A stretch of DNA of 64,000 nucleotides from Planctomycetota bacterium (lineage in GTDB: Bacteria > Planctomycetota > SZUA-567 > H5-PLA8), in NCBI GenBank assembly GCA_038227875.1, contig JBBRPR010000049.1:1-64000 (forward strand), read 5' to 3'. The notes beneath the pieces were generated by a model, which saw only the letters and a program-made list of their open reading frames with translations, was not told the DNA's origin and did not search any database. This document shows positions 27,921 through 38,238 of this stretch, piece after piece. The position numbers and the translations under genes were made by a program. Within the stretch, counting starts at the first letter, position 1; every line of letters starts with the position of its first letter.

Positions 27921-29424
27921 ATTTCGACTCCAGCACCTCTCGCAACTTCCGGGAGATGGAGTCGGGGGTCCACGGTTTCTCCAAGTAAGCACGCTGACCA
28001 TCCACGATGCCTTGTTGCAGGAGCATGTTGCTGGGGTATCCGGACGTGAAGAGCACTTTCATGTCGGGCCGTGCCTTCGCCAGAATATTGGCCAGCTCCT
28101 GGCCGTTCATTCCGGGCATGACGACATCGGTAATCATGGCGTGGATGCGGACTTGCGTTTCGTTACTGATGCGAATGGCCTCAGTGGCGTCGGCAGCGGT
28201 AAGCACCGTATATCCCCGGTCGACGAGAATGCCGTGGAGCAGTTGGCGGATGCCAGCTTCATCCTCCACCAGCAGGATCGTTTCGTTGCCGCGGGTTGAG
28301 GTCCGACATTCTCCAACCGGTTGCGCAACCGTTTCCGTCGACTCCGGAAAGTAAATTTTGAAGGTCGAGCCTCGGCCGACTTCGCTGTAGAGAAAAATAT
28401 GTCCGCCGGCCTGTTTGACGATACCGAAGACGGTGGCCAGACCAAGACCGGTGCCCTTGCCCAATTCCTTGGTGGTGAAAAAGGGCTCGAAGATGTGCGC
28501 CTGCGTCGCTGCATCCATGCCCTCGCCAGTGTCCGTGACTGAAACCATCACATGGCTGCCGGGCTGCGCGTCCGAATGCGTAAGGCAGTATTCTGCATCA
28601 AAGTGTTTATTGCAGGTCTCCAGGATAATGTGTCCGCCTCGCGGCATGGCGTCGCGGGCATTGATCATCAAATTCATAATCACTTGCTGCACCTGGCTGG
28701 GATCGACTTTGATTTTTCCCAGCCGGGCCTCCAGGCGCAGTGAAATCTCGATATTTTCACCGATCAGGCGTCGCAGCATCTGGCTGGTATTGGCGATGAG
28801 AACATTCAGGTCGACGACCTTGGGCTGGATGACTCCGCGCCGGCTGAATTGCAGCAACTGCCGCGTCAATTCCGTGGCGCGTTGCGCGGCGTCGTTGATG
28901 TATTGGAGATGGACGAGATCCGAGGCCGTCAGTGAGCTATGTTGCAGTAACAATTCCGCGCGCCCGAGCACGATGGTGAGGATGTTGTTAAAGTCGTGCG
29001 CGATCCCTCCGGCCAGTCTGCCTACCGCTTCAAGTTTCTGTGCCTGGAGCAACTCGTGCTCCAGTTTCTTTCTCTCGGTAATGTCGCGAATGCACGCCAA
29101 CACCAGAGTTCCCTCTGGAGCATGCAATGGACTGAGGCTGATCTCCACATCGATCAGCGTCCCGTTTTTGCGACGTCCCTTCAGGAAGAGCCCTGAGCCC
29201 ATGGGCCGCTGAACCGGCCGTTTGAAATAGCCGTCTCGTTTGGCTGGATGCCCACCCCGAAATTTCTCAGGAACGAGAAGTTCCACTTTCTGACCGACCA
29301 TTTCGGCCCGCTCATAGCCAAACAGCGCTACTGCCTGCACGTTGGCGTCGAGGATCTCGCCGGCAGGATTGATAACGATTACGCCGTCGGGAATGGCGTC
29401 GAAGATAGCGCGGAAGCGAGCCAT
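27919..29424 (-). CDS. PAS-domain hybrid sensor histidine kinase (CckA-like)
   Basis: PAS (FixL-like RPMG), AGGIAHDFNNIL, NARDAM, FEPFFTTK..GKGTGLGL, receiver ITDVVMP. Confidence 0.93.
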   Translation of the reverse strand: MARFRAIFDAIPDGVIVINPAGEILDANVQAVALFGYERAEMVGQKVELLVPEKFRGGHPAKRDGYFKRPVQRPMGSGLFLKGRRKNGTLIDVEISLSPLHAPEGTLVLACIRDITERKKLEHELLQAQKLEAVGRLAGGIAHDFNNILTIVLGRAELLLQHSSLTASDLVHLQYINDAAQRATELTRQLLQFSRRGVIQPKVVDLNVLIANTSQMLRRLIGENIEISLRLEARLGKIKVDPSQVQQVIMNLMINARDAMPRGGHIILETCNKHFDAEYCLTHSDAQPGSHVMVSVTDTGEGMDAATQAHIFEPFFTTKELGKGTGLGLATVFGIVKQAGGHIFLYSEVGRGSTFKIYFPESTETVAQPVGECRTSTRGNETILLVEDEAGIRQLLHGILVDRGYTVLTAADATEAIRISNETQVRIHAMITDVVMPGMNGQELANILAKARPDMKVLFTSGYPSNMLLQQGIVDGQRAYLEKPWTPDSISRKLREVLESK

Positions 29425-29660
29425 GGTGCCCTCACACATCCTTTTACGAGGGATTGCTGCATAAAATGGGCCATTGCTGGAAGGTCATAAGACGATGATT
29501 TGAAACATGTTTTGGAATTGCCGACGCTCGGGATTTCGCTAATCCGCGAAGAAATGTTCAAATCTGTGAATGGCGAAGTGTTTCGAAAAATTGCGGGCGT
29601 GAAAATCTGGCACCGCGCGAGATTCGGTGAGCTCGACGATGCCGAAGGAGCCAGGCGGCG

Positions 29661-30353
29661 TTACAGATTATCGAGCGGCACGCACTCAATCACGAGGTTG
29701 CGCTTGAAGGCCTTCTGCAGCAGGCGGCCTTTCTTTTCAGCGCGTTCGTAGAGGACGCGGTGATGTTTGTTTTCGCCGCGCAGCACGCACCAGACAATGA
29801 TGCGCCGGTTCGTGATTTCGCACCAGAGTTGCCGGACCAGCGTGCGGTGCGTGCGATCGAGCGCGTCGGCCAGGCGCAGGATCGACGCAAGCAGCACAAC
29901 CTTGCGCTGTTGCTCGTCGGTCAGGCGTTCGAAGTGGCCGTGTTTTTTGCTTGGGTCGGCCTTCGTGTGGTAGCGGGCGATGGATCCAATGATGCGCCGC
30001 GTGGCCTTGTCGAACGGCAGCACGGGCGTGTCCATCACGATCTTCTGAGCGATCTTGTGATGGCCCTTGTTCTGGATGGCGCGGCCGATGTCGTGAAGCA
30101 GCGCGGCACAGTGCAGGTGGAAGCGCTCTTCGCGGCCGAATTTGTGCAGATCCTTGAGCTCGTCGAACAGCTTCATCGCCAGGCGCGTGACCTGGTGCGT
30201 GTGCACGCGCTCATAGGAATAGCTCTCCGCCAGCCGCAGCACCGAGCGCAGATGGTCGACGTACTCGCCGCGCGTCGCAAATTCCGGCGCGGGCGTGGCT
30301 GAATGAGTTCCAATCGGGTATGGCACGTTCCGGTTCTCGTTCTCCGTCCCCAT
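29661..30353 (-). CDS. HD-domain protein resembling the Ppx/GppA C-terminal domain
   Basis: H..QVTRLAMKLFD, AALLHDIG, GHHK, IARYH, ILRLADALDRTH. Confidence 0.88.
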   Translation of the reverse strand: MGTENENRNVPYPIGTHSATPAPEFATRGEYVDHLRSVLRLAESYSYERVHTHQVTRLAMKLFDELKDLHKFGREERFHLHCAALLHDIGRAIQNKGHHKIAQKIVMDTPVLPFDKATRRIIGSIARYHTKADPSKKHGHFERLTDEQQRKVVLLASILRLADALDRTHRTLVRQLWCEITNRRIIVWCVLRGENKHHRVLYERAEKKGRLLQKAFKRNLVIECVPLDNL

Positions 30354-30414
30354 GGTTCCGACGCTCTCACTGGTAGCAGCCCAAACGCGTGGTCTCCCAC
30401 GCGCCCCAGCCGCT

Positions 30415-31488
30415 TTACCTCCCCCCCAGCGATACCTCCGGTGTCACCGTCACAGGCGTTGCACTTTCAGTTCCGTCCGTCACCGTCACGCTTAAGAGCG
30501 ATCCGCTGCCGTCGGCCTTTTGTGCAGGCTGATGCAGAGCGGCGTGGAGTTTCTCCCACGTTCCCGCCACGCGGCTCTGTTTCCAGAACTCGACGAATTC
30601 CGCGTAGTGCCGGGCCCGTTCGCGAATCTTCTGTGTGCGCATGTATTCGATGCCGGTGGCCAGGCGCGTGAAATGGCGCGCGTGTCCGAAGTAGGCAATG
30701 GTCCGGTCGCGTTCCGCGTCCAGGAATGCCGGGAGCATCTGGATCCACACATCGCAGTCGTGAATTTCGCCGAGAATCTTCTGCGCTTCCTTCGTCTGCG
30801 ACAAGCCGCCCGCCATTTCGGCGCTGAAGAGGGGCAGAAATACTTCGATCGTGTAGCGCAGCTTCTTGGCAGCAATGCGCATCTCGTGGAGTTCCTCCAC
30901 GCGCGCCGGTTGTTCGACGTAGGTCTCGTGGCTGAGCAGGCCTTCAAGTTCCGTGGCGATGGCGACGACCGCGCGCCGGCGCAGGGAAGGGGAGTCGCGC
31001 TTGACCCCGCGCAGCGTCGCGCGGACGGCGATTTCGCGCAGCGGACGCTGCATGGATTCCCAAACGGTGCTGGCCTGCAGCCGGTCGATGGCTTCGACTA
31101 CACGGCTTTGCAATTGAGCGCGTTCCTGCCGAAAACGGAGCGCGAGGCGTTCGATGCCCGGACGGTGATCGGCGTGGGTGTCTGATTTCGAGAATGCTTC
31201 AAGCGATTCGAGCTGGACGTCGAGATCGCGCGCCGCGCCCAGTTCGCGGGTGATGCGGCGGATCGGTTTTTTAAATCCGCTCAACCCGCCGGACTCCAGG
31301 CAATCGTTGAAGATGGCAATCGCGCTGCGCAGACGGCGCGAAGCCACGCGCATGCGATGGACAAATTCCAGGTCTTCGCCTTTGCGGACGCCGTCGGTCT
31401 CCTGGGACATCGCATCGAGGCGCTGCAACAGCGCGTCGGCCGCGAAGGCCCAATAACCGTCGTCGAATTGCTGAGTTTCCATCATCAT
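30415..31488 (-). CDS. CHAD domain protein (polyphosphate-binding family)
   Basis: VHRMRVASRRLRS, LGAARDLDV, LHEMRIAAKKLRY, LGEIHDCDV. Confidence 0.92.
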   Translation of the reverse strand: MMMETQQFDDGYWAFAADALLQRLDAMSQETDGVRKGEDLEFVHRMRVASRRLRSAIAIFNDCLESGGLSGFKKPIRRITRELGAARDLDVQLESLEAFSKSDTHADHRPGIERLALRFRQERAQLQSRVVEAIDRLQASTVWESMQRPLREIAVRATLRGVKRDSPSLRRRAVVAIATELEGLLSHETYVEQPARVEELHEMRIAAKKLRYTIEVFLPLFSAEMAGGLSQTKEAQKILGEIHDCDVWIQMLPAFLDAERDRTIAYFGHARHFTRLATGIEYMRTQKIRERARHYAEFVEFWKQSRVAGTWEKLHAALHQPAQKADGSGSLLSVTVTDGTESATPVTVTPEVSLGGR

Positions 31489-31593
31489 TCCTGTCCGCAA
31501 ATGTCCGGCAAAACAGCGCGTGTGTTTCGCCAATGGTATACATCAGGAGGTAAATCGGGGGAAGGGGGACTTACATAATCTTCATTTAAATTT

Positions 31594-31631
31594 AAAGGGG
31601 TCAAAATCCAGTTATGGATCCTGACCCCTTT
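31594..31631. terminator. hairpin with A- and T-tracts (terminator or REP-like)
   Basis: aaaggggtca..atcca-gtta-tggat..tgacccctttt just downstream of the XRE gene. Confidence 0.6.
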
Positions 31632-31654
31632 TTCGAAATCACTGCGATTTTACG

Positions 31655-32215
31655 TTAGCGGAACTTCGACGGACGACCGCGCTTGCGGCCCGGCCGGGAG
31701 AGGATTTCTTCCTTCATGTCGACGGCCACGCCGCTGGAGACGTTGCTGCCCGGAGGCGGCGGCGCGTTGGCCGACGATACCGGCAGCGTGAACGACGGCA
31801 GTACCGCTCCGCCCTTGACGCGCTTTTCGGTCAGCTTCACGGTGCGGATCCAGCCGTCCACCAGCTGCGAGACGATGTCGATGACCGACGGTTCAACGTC
31901 CGGGCAGAGCGTGTAGAGGCGGACGACGGTCTTGCGGAGCCGGGCAAGCTGAACTTCAATGTCGCGCGGCAGATTCTCTTCGGTGTCTTCCAGACCGAGA
32001 ATCTGCGTGACCGGAACGTTGAGCGCGCGGCAGACCTTGACCAGGTCGATCGCGCGAATCGCCGACTTGCCGCTTTCCCAGTAGCCGTAGCTGGAATCGT
32101 CGACACCGGCCATCGCCGAAATGTCCTTCTGGTTGCGTTCCGCGCGCGCCGCGCGCAGCCGCCGGCCGATTTCGAAATTGTCCATCGTGCGTTGATCGTG
32201 TGGGTCGATCGCCAT
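31655..32215 (-). CDS. XRE/Cro-CI family HTH regulator with C-terminal AT-hook-like tail
   Basis: IGRRLRAAR..QKDISAMAGV..SSYGYWESG; C-terminus RPGRKRGRPSKFR; GGAGG RBS. Confidence 0.85.
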   Translation of the reverse strand: MAIDPHDQRTMDNFEIGRRLRAARAERNQKDISAMAGVDDSSYGYWESGKSAIRAIDLVKVCRALNVPVTQILGLEDTEENLPRDIEVQLARLRKTVVRLYTLCPDVEPSVIDIVSQLVDGWIRTVKLTEKRVKGGAVLPSFTLPVSSANAPPPPGSNVSSGVAVDMKEEILSRPGRKRGRPSKFR

Positions 32216-32528
32216 AGTGCCTCCTTCAAAAAGATGTTTCAGGGGGTGATCCCAAAATCCATGTGTTTGAGCCGTATGCTCTGATTTAATGAGTTTATAA
32301 AACAAAAACATTTTCCTGTCAAAAATTAAACCTAAAAATTATCGGTGAAGAGTAAGATAGCATGCTGTCTGAAAACAGGCGCCGTTGTTGGCCGAGATTG
32401 GTGTTCTCTTACGCTTGCACGTGTACTTGAACCTTGCTGGAGAAATTATTGCATTTTACGCTGTCGTGGCCTGAATATTGTGTGTCTAATAAGAGTGAGT
32501 TGCGACGTGCACTTAGGAGGTGATGATC

Positions 32529-32780
32529 ATGGCACAATGCCCTGTCTGTCAGACCCCCGGAGCCTACGTCGGCTTTAGCAGCGTCGAATGCCGCAATCCT
32601 AAGTGCGAGCATTTTGTGTTGGTTGAGGAATATCTCTGCCCCTGCTGTGGCAAGTCCGATCATACACCCGACGAAGGCTGGGACGGAATCCCACGACGTG
32701 ATCAAAATGGGACACCCCTGCTGGATTCCGTAGATCCAAATGACCCGTCGCATCTTGCTGACCCGCTGGCCCTGTCCTGA
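32529..32780 (+). CDS. small Cys-rich zinc-ribbon protein
   Basis: AGGAGG RBS; CPVC, CRNPKC, CPCC..H; acidic tail. Confidence 0.7.
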   Translation: MAQCPVCQTPGAYVGFSSVECRNPKCEHFVLVEEYLCPCCGKSDHTPDEGWDGIPRRDQNGTPLLDSVDPNDPSHLADPLALS

Positions 32781-32896
32781 CGGGCGGCACTTTTTCGGCT
32801 GATTCTCTCCGACATAGCGGTGCTTCAGCATGTCTTGGTAATTTAAGCCGCATATTCCCAACACCCGATCCCCGATCTCATGTGTTCACTCCCCAT

Positions 32897-32925
32897 TTGC
32901 CGTTGACCGTTCTTTGAGATAGAAT
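32897..32925 (+). promoter_or_regulatory. putative sigma70 promoter of prfC
   Basis: TTGCCG - 17 nt - TAGAAT. Confidence 0.5.
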
Positions 32926-32961
32926 CTCCGCAACGTAATGAAACGCAGCTTTGGAGCCACA

Positions 32962-34623
32962 GTGAGTACCGACGATAAAAGTACTGCCGTAACCGCCCCA
33001 CCTTCTCCCGCTTCTTATGTCGTTGATCCGGTGGTACGCGAGGAGGCTCGCAAGCGGCGCACGTTCGCGATCATCTCGCATCCCGACGCCGGCAAGACCA
33101 CGCTGACGGAAAAGCTGCTGCTCTACGCCGGCTGCCTGAACGTCGCCGGGTCGGTTCGCGCGCGTAAGAATCAGCGCGCCGTGACCTCCGACTGGATGGC
33201 CATGGAACGCGAGCGCGGCATCTCGATCACGTCCACGGTGCTCAACATCAACTTCCGCGGCTTCCAAATCAATCTGCTCGATACGCCGGGACATCAGGAC
33301 TTCAGTGAAGACACCTACCGTACGCTCACCGCCGCCGACTGCGCCGTGATGGTGATCGACGCGGCGAAGGGCATCGAAGCGCAGACGATGAAGCTCTTTA
33401 AAGTCTGCGCGCTGCGCAAGCTGCCGATCATTACCTTCATCAACAAGATGGACCGCCCGGGCCGCGAGCCGCTCGAACTGCTTTCGGAACTCGAACACGT
33501 TCTAGGCATCGGTGCCTCGCCCCTCAACTGGCCGATCGGCACCGGTCATGAATTCTGCGGCGTCTACGACCGCACGGAAAAGAAAGTGATGGTCTTCCGC
33601 TCCGTCGCTCACGGCTCGCAGATGGTGCCGACGGATATCGCCTCGCTGGAAGACGCTGATAAACCCGTGGAAGGGGCAACGGAGCCCCTGCTCAATCCCG
33701 AACTGCTCGCTCGCCTGCGTGGCGAGATCGAACTGCTCGATGGCGCTGGCGAGCCCTTCGATCTGGAACGTTTTCACCGCGGCGAAGTCTCGCCGGTCTT
33801 CTTCGGCAGCGCGCTGACGAATTTCGGCATCGAGCCGTTCCTGAGCGCGTTTTTGAAGCTCTGTCCGTCGCCGACACCGCGCATCGCCGAAGCCGGACCC
33901 GTGCCCGTGGACCGTGGCGAGTTCGGTGGATTCATTTTCAAGATCCAAGCCAACATGGATCCGCGCCACCGCGACCGCATTTGTTTTGTGCGCGTCTGTT
34001 CAGGCCGCTTCGCGCGCGACATGACCGTGCTTCATCCGCGCAGCGGCGACGAGATTCGCATCTCCCGTTCGCACCGCCTGTTCGCGCAGAACCGCGAGAG
34101 CGTCGACGAGTCGTATCCCGGCGACATCATCGGGCTGGTCAATCCCGGTAATTTCCATCTCGGCGATACCATCTGTGAAGGCAAGCCGATCACCTATCAG
34201 GGCATGCCGCAATTTTCACCCGAGCATTTCGCGATTCTCTCCTGCCATGAAACGCTGCGCCGCAAGCAGTTCGACAAGGGCCTGGCGCAATTGGTGGAAG
34301 AAGGCGCGATTCAGATTTTGAACGACCCCAATGCGTTGCGCCGCGAACCGATTCTGGCCGCTGTTGGTCAGCTCCAGTTCGACGTGGTTCAATACCGCCT
34401 GGAATCCGAATACGGCGCGAAGACCAACATTCAGCGCCTGCCCTACCGCATCGCGCGCTGGGTGGAAGGAAGCGACGCCGACATCGAAGCCATGGAACTT
34501 CCCACGAACGCCGTGAAGACCATCGACCACTTCGGTCACGTGGTCGTGCTCTTCGGCGCGGAGTGGGACATGGAATACTGCAAGAAACAAAACACGAAGG
34601 TGCAGCTGAAAGCGGTCCGGTAA
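32962..34623 (+). CDS. prfC: peptide chain release factor 3
   Basis: RRTFAIISHPDAGKTTLTEKLLL, ERERGIS, DTPGHQDFSEDTYR, FKIQANMDPRHRDR, VGQLQFDV; start GTG 32962 (or ATG 32938). Confidence 0.97.
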   Translation: MSTDDKSTAVTAPPSPASYVVDPVVREEARKRRTFAIISHPDAGKTTLTEKLLLYAGCLNVAGSVRARKNQRAVTSDWMAMERERGISITSTVLNINFRGFQINLLDTPGHQDFSEDTYRTLTAADCAVMVIDAAKGIEAQTMKLFKVCALRKLPIITFINKMDRPGREPLELLSELEHVLGIGASPLNWPIGTGHEFCGVYDRTEKKVMVFRSVAHGSQMVPTDIASLEDADKPVEGATEPLLNPELLARLRGEIELLDGAGEPFDLERFHRGEVSPVFFGSALTNFGIEPFLSAFLKLCPSPTPRIAEAGPVPVDRGEFGGFIFKIQANMDPRHRDRICFVRVCSGRFARDMTVLHPRSGDEIRISRSHRLFAQNRESVDESYPGDIIGLVNPGNFHLGDTICEGKPITYQGMPQFSPEHFAILSCHETLRRKQFDKGLAQLVEEGAIQILNDPNALRREPILAAVGQLQFDVVQYRLESEYGAKTNIQRLPYRIARWVEGSDADIEAMELPTNAVKTIDHFGHVVVLFGAEWDMEYCKKQNTKVQLKAVR

Positions 34624-34631
34624 GTCGAAGC

Positions 34632-35156
34632 TTACTTTCGACTCTTTTTGGAACTCCGCTTGGCGGACTTCTGCTCGTCTTCCAGGAACAACGACGGCTT
34701 CTCGTCGGTCAGACCGGCGGCGTCGACGAGTTCCTGTAACAGCGCGGCGAGAGACTGGCGTTGTTTGGCGTTCATCTTTTCCAACGCGGCGATCAGTTTT
34801 TCCTGCGGAGTGTGCGGGCCTTTTTTCAGGCTCGAATGTCCGGCGGCGGTCAGGGTGACATCCTGGCGGCGGCCGTCTTCCGCGGATTGTTTCCGTTCGA
34901 CCAGGCCCTTGTCGACCAGTCGCTGCACGACTTCCGAGACGGAACTTTGATGCGTGAACGTCCGCTCGGCGATCGCGTTGACCGAGAGCGGCTTTGCGCC
35001 GTCCAGTTGCTGCAGAATGAACACCTGCGCGCCGCTGAGTCCCACGGTTTTCTCCGCGGCGCGTGATGCCACGCGCAGAGCGCGGACGATGCGGCGGATC
35101 GAATCGAGCACGGCGCGGATGTCGTTATGAACGGTTGGCTGCTTGGCTTGCTTCAT
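34632..35156 (-). CDS. MarR family transcriptional regulator
   Basis: GLSGAQVFIL, HQSSVSEVVQRLVDKGLVER..S.EDGRR..VTLT..G. Confidence 0.92.
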   Translation of the reverse strand: MKQAKQPTVHNDIRAVLDSIRRIVRALRVASRAAEKTVGLSGAQVFILQQLDGAKPLSVNAIAERTFTHQSSVSEVVQRLVDKGLVERKQSAEDGRRQDVTLTAAGHSSLKKGPHTPQEKLIAALEKMNAKQRQSLAALLQELVDAAGLTDEKPSLFLEDEQKSAKRSSKKSRK

Positions 35157-35278
35157 GATTTGGCAATCCTGTTGAACGGATGAATGCGATCCCGTGAGCA
35201 TACAATTTTGCCGGCTTCGCATGCAGTGTAAATTCATGCACCGACTTGCAGGCTGGTAGCCTGCGGTACACTTCCTGC

Positions 35279-36139
35279 ATGACATTCACCGCATCCGGCA
35301 CATATACCGAACCGTTTTGCGCGCTCTGTGGCGCAGCCGGTGGAGCGGTGAAGTTTGAATACAGCGATATCAAAATCATCTGTTGTAGCAAATGCGGTCT
35401 ATGGCGGACATGCCCGCGACTTTCGCCAGACAAGCTCACGGCCTACTACGAGAAGCATTATTACTCGGAAGGCATTCATCAAAGCGGACAGTACGAACAG
35501 TGGCGCGACATGTACCGCGACGTCTGGGCCATCAACGCGCGCGTCGTCAAAAAGGAAGCGGTGCGGCGCGGTCTCGGAACGAACGGAAGTTTTTCGCTGC
35601 TCGATGTCGGCAGCGGACACGGCTTTTTTCTCGAGCAGTGTGTGGCGCTGGGCGTTGCGGCCAAGGGCCTCGAGACCAGTCCGCACGCGGTGGAGTACGC
35701 GCGCGAGAAATTGAAACTCGACGTGCGGGCGATTCCATTGGATGAACTACCCGCGGCGGAAAAATTTGACGTGATCACGCTCTGGGGCGTGCTCGAACAC
35801 GTTCCTGATCCACTGCTGACCATGCGGCAAGTTCACGCGCATCTCAATCCCGGTGGAATGACATGGGTGATGACGCCGAACACGAACGCGGTCGAACGCT
35901 TCGTAAAAGGCGCGAACTATTTCAATTTTCTCAACAAGAGTCATCTGACGCACTTCCACCGCGCCACGTTGCGGGCACTGCTGGAGAAAGCCGGCTTTCA
36001 AAATGTGCGGCGCTACCTGCATTGGGGCGGCGGTGCGCGAAGTGGAATCGGCGCGGCGGCGCAGTACGCCGCGCGCGTGTTCTGTCTGGGAACGGAATTG
36101 CGCTTCATTGGTGAAAAAGGCGCGGAGCCTCACGCATGA
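35279..36139 (+). CDS. class I SAM-dependent methyltransferase
   Basis: N-terminal CxxC pairs, LLDVGSGHG, FDVITLWGVLEHV.DP, LNPGG. Confidence 0.9.
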   Translation: MTFTASGTYTEPFCALCGAAGGAVKFEYSDIKIICCSKCGLWRTCPRLSPDKLTAYYEKHYYSEGIHQSGQYEQWRDMYRDVWAINARVVKKEAVRRGLGTNGSFSLLDVGSGHGFFLEQCVALGVAAKGLETSPHAVEYAREKLKLDVRAIPLDELPAAEKFDVITLWGVLEHVPDPLLTMRQVHAHLNPGGMTWVMTPNTNAVERFVKGANYFNFLNKSHLTHFHRATLRALLEKAGFQNVRRYLHWGGGARSGIGAAAQYAARVFCLGTELRFIGEKGAEPHA

Positions 36140-37242
36140 GCCTGCCGGAAGTGCTCTTCGTCCTCCCCGTGCTCGAACCCGCCGGCGCGGAGCGCATCGT
36201 CGCGGACCTCGCGCGGCGGTTGCCGTCGCGCGGATTTTCGGCGGCGGTGCTCTGCCTGGAAGACGAACGCGCGCCCGTCGGCGCGGAACTCGCGGCGGCC
36301 GGCGTGCCCGTCGAAGGCCTGCGCCTCTCGCGCCGCCGCACGCTGGCCTGTGCCAGGTCGCTTGCGGCGCGGATCGCGGTGCGCAAACCGGCCATCGTTC
36401 ACGCGCATCTTTTTCATGCCAACATCGCGGCGCGGTTGGCAGTGGGGCGCTTGAACTCCGAGCAGCGCGCCGCCACGGCGCTGCTCAGCACCATCCACGT
36501 CGCCGAGCGGCGCTTCCGGCCGTGGCAATTTCTGTTCGATCGCGCCACGGCGGCGAAAGCACGCTATGAAATCTGCGTCTCGCGCGCGGTCGCCACCTTT
36601 CAACAGGAACGAACCGGACTGCCCGCGTCGTTCTTTCGCGTGATTGAAAATGGCATCGACCTCAGCCGCTTCACCGCGCCAACCCGGCCGGAGCGAAAGC
36701 CAGGAACCGGCCACGTGGTCGCCGTAGGGCGGCTCGATCCGCAAAAGGATTTCCCGACGCTGCTGCAAGCGTGGCATCGCGTTGAGTCGCAGCTCCCGCA
36801 TGCGCGGTTGTCAATCGCGGGCGCAGGATCGGAGGAACCGCACCTCCGCGCTCAAATTGCCGCACTGAAATTGGAGCGCGCTCAACTGCTCGGCTTTGTT
36901 ACGGATGTCCCGAAGCTGCTCTGTGTAGCCGATCTCTACACGCAGCCCTCGGCGTGGGAGGGCTTCGGCCTGGCTGTGGCTGAAGCGATGGCCTGCGCGC
37001 TTCCCGCGGTCGTCTCCGACGCCGACAGTCTGCCGGAAATCGTTGCACACGGACGAACCGGCCTGGTTGTACCGAAGGGAAATGCAGCGGCGCTCGCCGA
37101 CGCGTTGATTAAGCTGCTCAACGATCCAGGCTACGCCAGTGGGCTCGGCCGCGCCGCTCAAGCGGACGCGACCGCGCGCTTCTCCGTCGAGCGCATGGTC
37201 GACGAGTACGCGGCGTTATATCGGGAACTTGTTCGCGGATAG
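36136..37242 (+). CDS. GT4 family glycosyltransferase
   Basis: GAER, VHAH, IENGIDL, VGRL.PQKD, EGFGLAVAEAMA; ATGA-coupled. Confidence 0.93.
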   Translation: MSLPEVLFVLPVLEPAGAERIVADLARRLPSRGFSAAVLCLEDERAPVGAELAAAGVPVEGLRLSRRRTLACARSLAARIAVRKPAIVHAHLFHANIAARLAVGRLNSEQRAATALLSTIHVAERRFRPWQFLFDRATAAKARYEICVSRAVATFQQERTGLPASFFRVIENGIDLSRFTAPTRPERKPGTGHVVAVGRLDPQKDFPTLLQAWHRVESQLPHARLSIAGAGSEEPHLRAQIAALKLERAQLLGFVTDVPKLLCVADLYTQPSAWEGFGLAVAEAMACALPAVVSDADSLPEIVAHGRTGLVVPKGNAAALADALIKLLNDPGYASGLGRAAQADATARFSVERMVDEYAALYRELVRG

Positions 37243-37266
37243 TGTTGAGTTGCGAGGTGTGCGTTC

Positions 37267-38238
37267 GTGCGATTTGTTACCCTGACGTTGCATCCGGCCA
37301 TCGATCGCATTCTCCGCGTGGCCACGCTGGTTCCCGGCGACACATTTGATGCGCAGGTAGAGCTGACCGTGCCGTCGGGAAAGGGCGTGAACACCGCGCG
37401 TTCGCTGCGGCACGTCACCGGTCCGCGCAGCGCGATTCACGCAGTTGCATGGATCGGGGCGGGCGAGTCGGCGTGGTTTGCGCGGGAGTTATCGCGGCTG
37501 AGCAAAGTCTGCGCGGTCCTTTGTCAGCGCGACTGTCCCACGCGCCTGGCCAACACGATTCTCGAAACATCCGCGCGCGAAACGCACATCAAAGAATCGA
37601 TGGCAACGCCCAGCCCGCGTGAAGCGAGCGCGCTGCTCCGCTGCTGGTCGGCAGCGATTCGGCCCGGCGATATCGTTGCCGTCTGCGGCTCCGCGCCGCG
37701 CGGCACAAAGGCCGAGACGCTGCGTCGCGTATTCAATCTTGCGCGCGAACGAAAGGCTGCCGCGGTCATTGCGGACACCAACGGTGCGGCGCTGGAGATC
37801 GCCGGCGCGGCGGGAATCGATGGCATCAAAGGCAATGCGGCGGAGATCGGCGCGTGGCTGGGCCTTTCCGCGGCACTCGATCCGGAAAATCAAAACCACC
37901 GTCGCGCAGTTCAAGCGGCGTTCGAAAGGCGCGGCGCGCCCAAATCGATCGTGGTGACCATGGGCCCGCGCGGTGCGATGTACCTCACGCGTGACACACT
38001 TCTGCTCGCGGAACCTCCGCGCGTGGCGAAAAATTACATCGTCACGACCACCGGTTGCGGCGACGCGGCGACGGCTGGTTGGATGTGGGCGTTGCGTGAT
38101 CGCAGCGATGACGCGGAGTTACTCCGCCGCGTCGTGGCCTGCGGCACCGCGAAGTTGAACTCCGCCGATCCCGGAAGTCTCCAAGCACATGATGTGCACG
38201 CATTCCTCAAACGAATCTCGCCCAAAAAGCCTTCCTGA
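37267..38238 (+). CDS. PfkB family (1-phosphofructokinase-like) sugar kinase
   Basis: TLTLHPAID, GKGVN, GS.P.G, VTMGPRGA, TTGCGDA. Confidence 0.88.
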   Translation: MRFVTLTLHPAIDRILRVATLVPGDTFDAQVELTVPSGKGVNTARSLRHVTGPRSAIHAVAWIGAGESAWFARELSRLSKVCAVLCQRDCPTRLANTILETSARETHIKESMATPSPREASALLRCWSAAIRPGDIVAVCGSAPRGTKAETLRRVFNLARERKAAAVIADTNGAALEIAGAAGIDGIKGNAAEIGAWLGLSAALDPENQNHRRAVQAAFERRGAPKSIVVTMGPRGAMYLTRDTLLLAEPPRVAKNYIVTTTGCGDAATAGWMWALRDRSDDAELLRRVVACGTAKLNSADPGSLQAHDVHAFLKRISPKKPS

